Below are positions 36,306-45,314 of a stretch of 64,000 nucleotides of DNA, piece after piece. Every line of letters begins with the position of its first letter. Within the stretch, counting starts at the first letter, position 1. The notes beneath the pieces were generated by a model. That model did no database searches. It was given only the letters and a program-made list of their open reading frames with translations, and was not told the DNA's origin. Both the position numbers and the translations under genes were made by a program. Source of the DNA: a virus; the IMG/VR virus record IMGVR_UViG_3300018469_000001, positions 1 through 64,000 of that record; one strand, given 5' to 3'.

Positions 36306-37175
36306 ATGACCGTCACCATCACCACCACCCCGGCCGGCCTGGTCGTAGAAGCCCCTTACGACGCCACGTTCGTGGACGCCGCGCACGATCTGTCCGGCGT
36401 TTTCAGCGGACCCCCGGCGCGCACCTGGACCTTCGACCTCCGCGACGAGCAGTCCGTGCGCGCCCTGTGCCGCGACATCTACGGCACCGACGGCGCCGAC
36501 GACCAGCCCACCCTGTCTGTCCGAGTCCCCCTGACCGCCCGGCCGGACCGCAGAACCGCCCGAGAGTTCCGCGTCGCCGGCCGCACCCTGGCCTACCGGC
36601 CCGGCCGCGACGTAGACGTCAAGCTCGGCAAGGGCGTCGTGCTGATCTCCGGAGGCTTCCCCGGCTCCGCCGGCTCCGTGTCCTATCCGGAGCTGGCACC
36701 GTACGACGACACCGTCGTGGAGGTCCGCGACCTTCCCCCCGGCGCCGCCCACAAGATCGTCGCCGATGTGCCCGGCGCCACCCTGGTCGACGACGCCGCC
36801 CAGCAACGCGACGCGCTGATCGCCGAACGGTCCGCGCTGCTCGCCCGCGTCGCCCAGATCACCGACACCCTCACCGCCACCGGCCCCGGCCCCGTCCTGA
36901 CCGCCCAGCCCTGGGCGCTGCCCACCCGCGACGGCGAAACCGCCGTCCAGTACACGCTGGCCATCGAGCCCGACACCACCGCCCGATTCGCCGCGGTCCG
37001 GATCAACGACAGTTTCACCGGCGAGATCCGCATCTGCCGCCGCGGCGAGTACCACTTCGTCTCCCGCAGCCGGGTGTCCGCCACCGACCCGATCGGCGAC
37101 TGCCATCCCGACACCGGCGCGGCAACCATGCTGCAGGCCGCACTGGCCGGCCTCAACTCCGAGATCCGACCCTGA
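36306..37175 (+). CDS. hypothetical protein
   Basis: ATG 36306 with RBS gaaaggga. 289 aa. Upstream part of track ORF 35589.. rejected. Confidence 0.6.
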   Translation: MTVTITTTPAGLVVEAPYDATFVDAAHDLSGVFSGPPARTWTFDLRDEQSVRALCRDIYGTDGADDQPTLSVRVPLTARPDRRTAREFRVAGRTLAYRPGRDVDVKLGKGVVLISGGFPGSAGSVSYPELAPYDDTVVEVRDLPPGAAHKIVADVPGATLVDDAAQQRDALIAERSALLARVAQITDTLTATGPGPVLTAQPWALPTRDGETAVQYTLAIEPDTTARFAAVRINDSFTGEIRICRRGEYHFVSRSRVSATDPIGDCHPDTGAATMLQAALAGLNSEIRP

Positions 37176-37193
37176 AAGGACACACCCGACCGC

Positions 37194-37466
37194 ATGCCCA
37201 CCACCATCAGCTACACCGACACGTACCGGCTGGACGCCCCGTGCGCGGTCGACGACCTCGACCTCGACCCCGACCTGCGTAAGCGGCTACTCGAGGCGGT
37301 CAACGGCGACGACACCGCCGTACGCACCCGGGTCAGCGACCGGGTCGAGCGGGAGATCACCGCCCGGCTGCGACGGTACGGCGTCACCGACACCGGCGAG
37401 TGGCTCGGCGACTGGTCCGCCGCCGCCCTGATCGACAGAATCCTGGAGGAGGAGATCACCCGATGA
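37194..37466 (+). CDS. hypothetical protein
   Basis: 90-aa acidic ORF. Confidence 0.5.
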   Translation: MPTTISYTDTYRLDAPCAVDDLDLDPDLRKRLLEAVNGDDTAVRTRVSDRVEREITARLRRYGVTDTGEWLGDWSAAALIDRILEEEITR

Positions 37467-37642
37467 CCGTCAAGCTCGCCGAGCTGGTCGACCGGCTCAC
37501 CGAGGCCAGCACCAAACCCGTCTCGCCGGCACTCGTGCGCGTCTGGCTGGGCGACCCACCCGACACCGAGACCTACACCGACGTCGACGCCGCCGACCTG
37601 GTCGCCGCCTGGAAGGAAGGCGACGTCCACCCCGACAAGTAG
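37463..37642 (+). CDS. hypothetical small protein
   Basis: ATGA overlap with the upstream stop. 59 aa. Confidence 0.45.
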   Translation: MTVKLAELVDRLTEASTKPVSPALVRVWLGDPPDTETYTDVDAADLVAAWKEGDVHPDK

Positions 37643-37693
37643 CCGCCGCCGTCCGTTCCCACCTACCAGGGCGGATACCCGCCCCGGGGTGGA

Positions 37694-38044
37694 CTACTCC
37701 ACCCGCCGATCCCCCTGGTCTAGTCCACCCTCGTCGTGGTCGGCGAGCCACGACCCGATCACCGACTCCGGGAAACCCCTTGCCCGCATCGCTGCGGCCT
37801 GCGCGGCGGCGGCGACCTGCTCCCGGTGCTTACGGTCTTCCGCCCGCCGGGCCCGCCGCTCGGCCCACCATCGCTCTTCCGCCCGGCGTGCCCGCGGACT
37901 GAACAGCAGCAGGTTCGCCGCCCACGCCACCGCGACCACAACCACCCCGGCCGCCTCCGCCGGATACAGCACGGCCAGCGCACCGAGCGCCACCACCACC
38001 AGCAACGCCACCGAGGCGGTCAGCACCGTGTCCAGCCCCCACAC
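37694..38044 (-). CDS. membrane protein
   Basis: Two N-terminal TM helices followed by an Arg/Glu-rich tail. Confidence 0.5.
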   Translation of the reverse strand: MWGLDTVLTASVALLVVVALGALAVLYPAEAAGVVVVAVAWAANLLLFSPRARRAEERWWAERRARRAEDRKHREQVAAAAQAAAMRARGFPESVIGSWLADHDEGGLDQGDRRVE

Positions 38045-38048
38045 AGCG

Positions 38049-38762
38049 TCAACACCGACCCGCGTGATCGGGGTGCCGGTACCGGCCGTACGACCGCTGC
38101 CGCTGGACCAGCTTCCCGTCCGCGACGAGCTGGTCCAGCACCTCGATCAGCGTGCTGTTGCGTACCGGCTGCCCCAGCTCGGCGAGCCGACCGGACAGCG
38201 CATGCTTGGAGATGCCGTCCGTGCCGGACAGCAACGCCTGCTCGACGATGATCAGCTCGGCGACGTCCCGGTCCTCGCCGGCCGGGCGTTGTGGCGGTCC
38301 GCCAAGCTCGAAGGGGGTCTCGGCCGCCGCCGACGCCGCCGAGAAGTCCGCCCGCCCCGCCGGCGTCTGGCCGGCCCGCGGCTCGCCGAAGCAGTCCGCC
38401 GCGGCTGTTCCCAGCCCGTACCGGCCGTGCCCGTCGTAACCCCACGACGCCCGCACCGGGACCTCGTCGACCCGGTCGGCGAGGTCCGCCCCGTACTCGC
38501 CGTGGGAGCGTTCCCGGTGGGCGGCCTGCGCCGCCCGATGTTCGATCATTTCGCGTCGACCCCGCTGTCTGCCATGCAGGTAGGCCAGCCTCGCCAACCC
38601 CGCCGTGGCTACCCCAGCGCCGAGCAGGAAGAACGTGGCCCCACCCGTGTCCCCGCCGGCTGTGGCCAACAACGCAACGGCCACCGTCAGGAAAAGCACC
38701 GTCACCGCGGACAGCTCAGCTACCAGTACCGACCAGTCGGCCGGATGAATCCGCCGTCGCAT
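38049..38762 (-). CDS. membrane-anchored protein with C-terminal winged-helix-like domain
   Basis: Two N-terminal TM helices. C-terminal GISKHALSGRLAELGQPVRNSTLIEVLDQLVADGKLV. Confidence 0.55.
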   Translation of the reverse strand: MRRRIHPADWSVLVAELSAVTVLFLTVAVALLATAGGDTGGATFFLLGAGVATAGLARLAYLHGRQRGRREMIEHRAAQAAHRERSHGEYGADLADRVDEVPVRASWGYDGHGRYGLGTAAADCFGEPRAGQTPAGRADFSAASAAAETPFELGGPPQRPAGEDRDVAELIIVEQALLSGTDGISKHALSGRLAELGQPVRNSTLIEVLDQLVADGKLVQRQRSYGRYRHPDHAGRC

Positions 38763-38793
38763 GTTCGTCTCCTCAGTCCAGAAAAAGGGGTGA

Positions 38794-39042
38794 TCACTGC
38801 GCGATCAGGTCGGGTGCCCACCAGGCCAGGACCGCCCACCCGGCCAGCCCGCCGAGCAGCAGCACCGCCGCGACGAGCAGCACCCGCTTGACCGCGGCCA
38901 CCACCCGCCACCACCACCACACGAACCGGTCGACGGCGATGAGCACGGCGTCGCGTACCGCCTGAGACAGCAGGGTGGCCAGCATCCCGCCGACCGCACC
39001 GACCGCGATCAGAGCCCAACTGCCGGCGTCGATGGTGCCCAT
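38794..39042 (-). CDS. small membrane protein
   Basis: Three hydrophobic segments and a WWWW motif. Confidence 0.5.
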   Translation of the reverse strand: MGTIDAGSWALIAVGAVGGMLATLLSQAVRDAVLIAVDRFVWWWWRVVAAVKRVLLVAAVLLLGGLAGWAVLAWWAPDLIAQ

Positions 39043-39145
39043 AAGTCAGCCTCCACGCGTCTCGGTGTCCGCGGGTAGGTGCGTCCAACACCCGACCCGA
39101 CCACCCGCCATGGTATGCGACCGGCAACTAGCAGACAACAGCCTG

Positions 39146-39175
39146 TAGCGGGGCAGATGTTGGGGCGGGTACCGT
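39146..39175 (+). promoter_or_regulatory. promoter-like element TAGCGG-N18-TACCGT giving a leaderless transcript
   Basis: Shares the 10-mer CCTGTAGCGG with copy F. The -10-like hexamer ends 6 nt before ATG 39182, leaving no room for an RBS. Confidence 0.4.
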
Positions 39176-39181
39176 GACCGG

Positions 39182-39571
39182 ATGGACGACACCCCGGAGC
39201 TCGACGACGACGGCATTCCGCCCGGCGCCCTCATCGTCCCGGCCCGCATCACGATGGTCCTCGACGCCCGCGGCCTCGACGGCCCCAACGTCGACCTGCA
39301 CTGCGGCACCCACGAAGGCAACCCGGACGGCGACGTCGACGCGTGGGAGCTCGGCCAGGCCGAACCGACCCGCGCCCAGGCCCGGCTGATTGCCGCACTC
39401 GCCGAGGTGCCGGTGGCGCTGCTGTACGAGCCGATCACCGACGCCGAACGCGGCGCCCGCGGCTACATCTGCATCCGCGGCCGCGGCGGCGCCAAGAAAG
39501 GGCTGCGCCGCGGCTGCTACCCGATCAACGGCCTGTCGCCCCCGCCGTCCCGCCAGCCCCGACTGTTCTAA
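39182..39571 (+). CDS. XRE-like HTH DNA-binding protein
   Basis: ITMVLDARGL..VDAWELGQAEPTRAQARLIAALAEVPVALL follows the XRE pattern (..WE.G...P....l..lA..l.v). Confidence 0.55.
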   Translation: MDDTPELDDDGIPPGALIVPARITMVLDARGLDGPNVDLHCGTHEGNPDGDVDAWELGQAEPTRAQARLIAALAEVPVALLYEPITDAERGARGYICIRGRGGAKKGLRRGCYPINGLSPPPSRQPRLF

Positions 39572-39664
39572 CCCGGGGGAGTGCACCGCGGCCCGGCCGC
39601 GCGGGGGAGTCCCGCGACCGGGCCCCGGCGTCTCCAGGGGGGACGGCGCCCAGCGTAACGCCGG

Positions 39665-40189
39665 TCAGCCAATCAGGCGGGCGAATCTGTGCCCACCGCC
39701 GGGCCACGGATGCCGGACCGTGACCCGCCGCCCCGACCCGGGCGCGTCCGCGACCCACACCCGCAGCCGGCCCGACGGCCCGGTCACCTTCACCACCACA
39801 CCGACGTGGTAAGCGCTTCCCCGACCGCCCCAGTAGACGAGATCACCCGGGCGGACCAGCCGGCGGGGGATAGGCCGCCCCAGGCGGGACTGTGCGGCCG
39901 CCGTGCGGGGCAGCTTGCGCCCACCCACCGCGTAGGACCGCAACGCCAAACCCGAGCAGTCGTAGGCCTCAGGCCCGGACGCACCCCACCGGTACGGCTT
40001 GCCGCGCTGCGACCGGGCGTGCGCGGCGACCCGGTCCCGTCGCACCACCAGGGCAGCGGCCACGGTGGTGCGTGACGCGAAACGCGTCACGCGTGACGCC
40101 CTGCCGGCCGCCGCCGCCCGATACGCGAGCGCCTCGACCAGCTCGCCCGGCGCCAACACAGCCGACGTGGGGGAGTGGTGCGCCACCAC
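39665..40189 (-). CDS. NlpC/P60-family peptidoglycan endopeptidase
   Basis: GKPYRWGASGPEAYDCSGL (catalytic Cys) ..GDLVYW..SAYHVGVV (His). Start uncertain (GTG 40189). Confidence 0.8.
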   Translation of the reverse strand: MVAHHSPTSAVLAPGELVEALAYRAAAAGRASRVTRFASRTTVAAALVVRRDRVAAHARSQRGKPYRWGASGPEAYDCSGLALRSYAVGGRKLPRTAAAQSRLGRPIPRRLVRPGDLVYWGGRGSAYHVGVVVKVTGPSGRLRVWVADAPGSGRRVTVRHPWPGGGHRFARLIG

Positions 40190-40580
40190 AACCGGGTGAC
40201 CAGGAACATGCGCTGGCGCGATGACCAGGCAGGAAACGCCGGCGACCAGCGCACGGCAACAGGACCACAGCAGGACAGGCCTCCGCGGCTCGGCCCGGGG
40301 CTCTCACGCGCATTCCACCCACCCGCCCGGGAAGCCTCTCCCGGCCAGGCGCGGCGCCCGCGACCCCACCCACCCCCGTACGCGGGGACAGGCCGCCACC
40401 GGCGCCGGGGAAAACCCGGGCGTGGGCATGTGTCGCCACTACCACACCACACCCGGCCGGCCACGCGTGCAAGGTTTGCCAGATTTTCGGCCCGACGTTC
40501 AACCCCGACCAGTCGTGATCGGCCGACGGACGGGCCGACCCATCGACAGCGGCTCGCGCACCCGCACCGTCCCGGCGTAC

Positions 40581-40648
40581 CGTCCGCACCGGCGCGGCCG
40601 AGTTGTGGACGGCTCGGCCGCGCCCCTGACGTCCACAACCGTCCACAC
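40581..40648. promoter_or_regulatory. operator-like CGTCC(A/G)CA repeats upstream of the DUF4352-like gene
   Basis: GTTGTGGACG (40602-40611) is the inverted repeat of CGTCCACAAC (40630-40639). Further direct copies are CGTCCACAC (40640-40648) and CGTCCGCAC (40581-40589). Confidence 0.4.
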
Positions 40649-40664
40649 CCTCAGGAGGACCACC

Positions 40665-41315
40665 ATGTACCACCAGGACCCCCGCAACGTCGGCGCCGGC
40701 CAGCCCGGCCCCAGCTACGGCTACGACCGGCCGGCCGACTACCCGCAGCCCCCGCAGCCACCGCGCAAGAAGTCCCGCGGCTGGCTGATCGCCGCCGTCG
40801 TCGTCGGCGCGATCCTGGTGCTGTGCGCCGCCGGCGCCGCAATCGTCGTCGGCACCGCCGCCGAGCAGGCCGCCAACGTCATCCCCGACGGCACCGCCAC
40901 CCCCCGCGAGGCCACCGTCGGCATCGGCCAGCCGGCCCGCGACGGCAAGTTCGAGTTCACCGTCACCAAGGCCAGATGCGGCAAGACCAGTTACGGCAAC
41001 AAGTACGCCGGCGCGCAGGCCGCCGGCCTGTACTGCGAGATCCGGCTCACCGTCGCCAACATCGGCGACCAGGCGCAGCTCTTCGCCCAGTCCGAGCAGA
41101 AGGCGTACGACACCGCCGGCCGGCAGTACTCCACCGACCTGACCGCCGCCATCTACGCCAACCAGGGCAGCGACGTGTGGCTCAAAGAGGTCAACCCCGG
41201 CAACAAGATCAGCGGCCTGTTGATCTTCGACGTGGCCAAGGGCACCCTGCTCGACCGCGTCGAACTGCACGACTCGATCTTCTCCGGGGGAGTGGTCGTC
41301 AAGCTCAGGGGGTGA
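40665..41315 (+). CDS. DUF4352-like membrane-anchored protein
   Basis: ATG 40665 with RBS caggagga. Pro-rich N-terminus, one TM helix, then GQPARDGKFEFTVTKARCG..LYCEIRLTVANIG..ISGLLIFDV. Confidence 0.65.
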   Translation: MYHQDPRNVGAGQPGPSYGYDRPADYPQPPQPPRKKSRGWLIAAVVVGAILVLCAAGAAIVVGTAAEQAANVIPDGTATPREATVGIGQPARDGKFEFTVTKARCGKTSYGNKYAGAQAAGLYCEIRLTVANIGDQAQLFAQSEQKAYDTAGRQYSTDLTAAIYANQGSDVWLKEVNPGNKISGLLIFDVAKGTLLDRVELHDSIFSGGVVVKLRG

Positions 41316-41435
41316 GCCTGACCGACCACCACCCGCGCGCCCGGCCTCGTTCGCGTACGGGGCCGGGCGCGCGGCTGTCTGGCATCATCGGCCGACATGC
41401 CCATCTTCCGCGCAAGCCCACCTCGAGCCGCGCGG

Positions 41436-42881
41436 TCAGCGAACGGCGGGCATGACCAGCGTCATCGCATCAGCCGGCCGGTACGCCGCCACCGCGCCGC
41501 CAGCTCCGACCGGCTCCGGGACCGCCGGCCCGGCGCCGAGCGCCACCTCAACCGTGGCCCGCGTGCCCCAGCCGGTACGCCAGCACGTCACCACACCCCA
41601 CCAGCGTGCCGCCCGCAACACCGTCGCCGCGAACAGGCCAGCCACCGGCGCCAACAACCAGACCCCCCACTGATACCAGGCCGACTGATCCGACCGGCGG
41701 ATCGTCATGTACCGCAGGCACATCCCGTAGGAGATGGCCACCGGCACCGCCAGCAGCCACACGACCAGCTCCCACGTCGGCGACACCGCCAGCCCGGCCA
41801 CCACCACCCCGCCGAACAACGCCGTCGACACCCCGGTACCAACCCACCGCTGCGTATGCAGCCACCACGCCGGCCGGCCCATCGACAGGAACCGGGCCCG
41901 CCACAGCGACCGGATCGTCGACCCGCGCATCCACCGCAGGTACATCCGCCAGAAATGGCCGAACCGCTGCGGCATCAGCGAGAACGCCAACGCCGACGGC
42001 TGCTGAACCGTCCGCCCCCGCGTCATCGCATACAAGGTGAGCAGCGAGTCATCGGAGAACGGCACCCGCCGCCCCCCGAACGTCTCGGTCAGGTAGCCGA
42101 CGACGTTGTCGCGCATCACCTCAGCCCGGTACAAGGCGATCGGCCCCGAGTTCACCCACACCGACCCGCCCAGCACCGACAGGGCACCCCGGTCGACGAG
42201 CTGCCCGGTCACAAACCACAGATCGGTGATCCGCGTCAGCAGGTTGCCGCGCACGTTGGCCGCCATCACCACCCCGGCCACCGACTGCACCCGATGATCA
42301 GACATCGGCTTGAGTAGCTCCGCCAACGCCGCGGCGTCCGAAATGGTGTCCGAGTCGACCGTCCACAGGAAGTCGGCGTCGCGCACCCACGCCAACGCCT
42401 GCACCTGGGCGTGGCGCTTGCCCGCGTTGGGCTGCCGCACCCACACCGGCCGCACGCCGGCCGCCGCCGCCGCCCGGTAGAACCAGGCCCGCACCCCGTC
42501 GTAGGCGGCCACATCGGGCGACCCGTCATCAACCACCACGATCGACTGCGGCCGCCGGTCCTGCCCGATCATCGACTCCAGACAGGCCCGCAACGCCGCC
42601 GGGTCCTCGTTGTACGCCGGCCCCAGCGCCGCCACGTTCGCCTCATCGAGCCGCGCCTGCCACCGCCGACCCACCTCGACCGGCCGATTCAGGTAGGAGA
42701 AGCCGAGCTGCGCGACCAGCACACCCCACAGCAGCACATACAGGGCCACAAACCGGTGCCCCCGCGCCTCGGTGAGCAACCCGTGCGCGGCCAGCCCGTG
42801 ATGAGCCGACCACACCGCCACCGCCACCAGCACCGCCAACGCAGCCACCAACACCCGGCCACGCACCAGCCGGGCGCTCAC
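41436..42881 (-). CDS. processive family-2 glycosyltransferase (hyaluronan/chitin/cellulose-synthase-like)
   Basis: IVVVDDGS, TVDSDT, a GPIALYR.. block and YLRWMRGS (xxRW motif), flanked by TM helices. GTG 42881 overlaps the stop of the upstream small gene. Longer start rejected. Confidence 0.8.
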   Translation of the reverse strand: MSARLVRGRVLVAALAVLVAVAVWSAHHGLAAHGLLTEARGHRFVALYVLLWGVLVAQLGFSYLNRPVEVGRRWQARLDEANVAALGPAYNEDPAALRACLESMIGQDRRPQSIVVVDDGSPDVAAYDGVRAWFYRAAAAAGVRPVWVRQPNAGKRHAQVQALAWVRDADFLWTVDSDTISDAAALAELLKPMSDHRVQSVAGVVMAANVRGNLLTRITDLWFVTGQLVDRGALSVLGGSVWVNSGPIALYRAEVMRDNVVGYLTETFGGRRVPFSDDSLLTLYAMTRGRTVQQPSALAFSLMPQRFGHFWRMYLRWMRGSTIRSLWRARFLSMGRPAWWLHTQRWVGTGVSTALFGGVVVAGLAVSPTWELVVWLLAVPVAISYGMCLRYMTIRRSDQSAWYQWGVWLLAPVAGLFAATVLRAARWWGVVTCWRTGWGTRATVEVALGAGPAVPEPVGAGGAVAAYRPADAMTLVMPAVR

Positions 42882-43126
42882 CGACCCAGCAGACGGGCCA
42901 GCCGACCACGCCGGCTGTGCGCCGGGGGAGCAGCCAACACCGCACCAGCCGCCGACACCGACCGGCCCTGACGCCACGTCATCCGCAGCAGCAACGTCCC
43001 ACCGACGATCATCACCGCGGCGATCACCGCCAGCAACAGCGGCCACGACACCGCATACGACCCGCCGGCAACACCAATCGTCAACGCCGCAGCGCGACCA
43101 GTACGAGGCAAAGAACCGAACGACAT
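42878..43126 (-). CDS. small membrane protein co-transcribed with GT2 synthase
   Basis: ATG 43126 with RBS ggagttgg. 82 aa with one or two TM segments (WPLLLAVIAAVMIVGGTLLL). Confidence 0.55.
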   Translation of the reverse strand: MSFGSLPRTGRAAALTIGVAGGSYAVSWPLLLAVIAAVMIVGGTLLLRMTWRQGRSVSAAGAVLAAPPAHSRRGRLARLLGR

Positions 43127-43388
43127 GACAGACCAACTCCACGGGTAGGTGTATTTCGACGGCCGCCGATCAATGCCGGCCGCCAGCCGGCATTCTGCCG
43201 TACCCGCCGCCCCGCCACACCCCGCCCGAATCGGCCATCCGGACACGACCAACCACCCGACCAGCCTGCGGAAGCCGTCGCGTGACCGCCACGGGCCGGC
43301 GCCCACCCGTGGAAGAAGACGCCGGCCCCCTCGGCTGAACCCACCCCGAGCACACCACCCGACAGCGGCGACCACCAGCCCGAATTGT

Positions 43389-43697
43389 TCACATATCCAG
43401 CCGAACACCCAGGCGTGACCAAAGCCCCAGCCCCGCCGGCGGATCTCCACCCGACAGCGCAGGCCCCGACCCGTACACCTCCGACCAGACGCACCGGCCG
43501 ATCCGCCACGCATGGGCCGGCAGAACACACCGGCACACAAACGACGACGGGTCACACACCGGCACCGCACCGCCCAGCCCGTCGACCTGGTCTCCGCCGT
43601 GGACCTGCTCGTGCCGACAGCACCAGCCGTCATCGCACGGCTGGAAGTCCACGCCGGCGCCCGGCAGATTCGGGCAACAGTCCGGGAACGGATACAC
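43389..43697 (-). CDS. Cys-rich small protein
   Basis: GTG 43697 preceded by the strong RBS aggaagg. 9 Cys, including the doublets PDCCP and DDGWCC. Confidence 0.5.
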   Translation of the reverse strand: MYPFPDCCPNLPGAGVDFQPCDDGWCCRHEQVHGGDQVDGLGGAVPVCDPSSFVCRCVLPAHAWRIGRCVWSEVYGSGPALSGGDPPAGLGLWSRLGVRLDM

Positions 43698-43974
43698 GAG
43701 GCAACCTTCCTAGGATGGGAGCCCGTCGTCGGCCGACGACGCAGGACGGCCACCGCCCCGCAGCGTACACAGCGTCACGACCAGCGACTACGCAGCGTGG
43801 CGCCCCACGCTGGTCGGTGTTTCATCGTGCTTGACCTGGGAAAACTCGCACTATCCGAACAGGCCGGCCGCGATGCCCCGGACGATCTCTCTACCCTGAT
43901 AACTTGACTTGTCCCGCCTGAGCACTGGCTCAGATCAAGAGCAGGAAGACCCAGCAACGACGGAGGCGACGCGG

Positions 43975-44205
43975 ATGAGCGGCGGCGAGCAGAAGGTCCG
44001 GCGCGCTGTGGCGTTGGCCGTACGGGACTGCCTGATCGGCGATCCCACGCTGACCGAGGAACAGATCATGGTGGCGGTGATCGCCGAATTGGAAATCCGC
44101 GCGTACCACCCGGGCGCGGCGACGCCGACGTCGGTGGCTGTGGCCGAAAACCTCGCGTCCGTCCTGGACGGACGGCTGAGGGCGGGCGCCGAGGCCGACG
44201 CATGA
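43975..44205 (+). CDS. hypothetical small protein upstream of and coupled to integrase
   Basis: ATG 43975 with RBS ggagg. ATGA overlap with the int start. Confidence 0.45.
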   Translation: MSGGEQKVRRAVALAVRDCLIGDPTLTEEQIMVAVIAELEIRAYHPGAATPTSVAVAENLASVLDGRLRAGAEADA

Positions 44206-45314
44206 GGGCGGGCACCGATCTGGTCGTGCCGACCGGCACCGGACAGATCACGCCGCAACAGGCCCGCGACAGCTACCTGCCGGCCTCGGCCCGCGAGCTG
44301 ATCGTCAAGGGTGTGCCGGCGAACACGCTGCGCTCGTACTCTGCGGCGTGGCGGCCGTTCCGGCTGTGGTGCCAGAACCGGCAGCGCGGTTTCGCGCCGG
44401 TCTCCGAAAACACCATGATCAGCTACTTGGATGAGTGGCGCGGCCGGCCGATGCACCACAACCGCTGCAAGTGCCGTCACCACCGGCCGGCACCGTCCAC
44501 CATGTGGCTGTGGTACGCCGCGGTGCGCTTCTACCACCGGGTAGGGTCGCCGCCGCTGCCGTGGGAGTGCGGCGAGAACCTGACCCGCGCCATGATCGGC
44601 TACTCGCTGGAGATGGTCGAGAGCGGCTGGACGCCGGCCCGGGCGCCGCGGGCATTCCCGACCGACGTCACCAGGATGGTCGACGCGCTGGACCTGTCCG
44701 AGCCGAAGTACCTGCGCGACCGGGCGATCATCCTGACGAACTTCTACACCGCCGGCCGGTCGGCTGATCTGGGCACGTACCGGCTCGCCGACGTTGAGCA
44801 CTTCCCCCGCGGGATCCGGCTCGTGCTGCGCATGTCGAAGACCAACCGCCGGCCCGGTAAGAAGATCGAGTCGCGGGAGGTGTTCGAGAACAGCCTGCGG
44901 CCGCAGTACTGCGGGGTCGAGGCGATCCACGCCTGGACCGATTGGCTGCGTTGCCAGGGTGTCACGTCGGGTGCCCTGTTCCGGCCGTTCTCCAAGCCGC
45001 ACTACAAGGCCGGCGAGCGCAAGGCCGGGGTGCTGCTGCGCGGGCACCGCGACGGCGAGGCGTACCGGATGGACGGCACCAGCCTGTCGGAGGTCATCCA
45101 GGATGCTGCGATCCGGGCGGAGCTGCCCAACGCCGAGCAGTACACCTGCCATTCGCTGCGCCGCGGCCGGGCCACCCAGCAGCGTGAGCTGGGCGGCGAC
45201 CCGCTGGACATCGCCCGGGCGTACGGCTGGGCACCCAATGGTGCGATCAACGTGTACCTGGAGGAGGCCGAGCGGGAGGCGCCGACCGCGGTTGGCGCGC
45301 AGGGGCTGCTGTGA
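44202..45314 (+). CDS. int: tyrosine recombinase / integrase
   Basis: SAM-like N-domain (TLRSYSAAWRPFRLWC), catalytic-domain blocks AGRSADL, HSLRRGRAT and GWAPNGAINVYLEE (R..HxxR..Y). Confidence 0.85.
   Translation: MRAGTDLVVPTGTGQITPQQARDSYLPASARELIVKGVPANTLRSYSAAWRPFRLWCQNRQRGFAPVSENTMISYLDEWRGRPMHHNRCKCRHHRPAPSTMWLWYAAVRFYHRVGSPPLPWECGENLTRAMIGYSLEMVESGWTPARAPRAFPTDVTRMVDALDLSEPKYLRDRAIILTNFYTAGRSADLGTYRLADVEHFPRGIRLVLRMSKTNRRPGKKIESREVFENSLRPQYCGVEAIHAWTDWLRCQGVTSGALFRPFSKPHYKAGERKAGVLLRGHRDGEAYRMDGTSLSEVIQDAAIRAELPNAEQYTCHSLRRGRATQQRELGGDPLDIARAYGWAPNGAINVYLEEAEREAPTAVGAQGLL

Noticed and set aside
43761-43790. A degenerate copy of the promoter motif (shares CACGACCAGC) upstream of the Cys-rich gene 43389..43697.
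   Set aside because: The -35 equivalent (TAGTCG) and the spacing are poor. It was not annotated as a feature and is noted only as possibly related.
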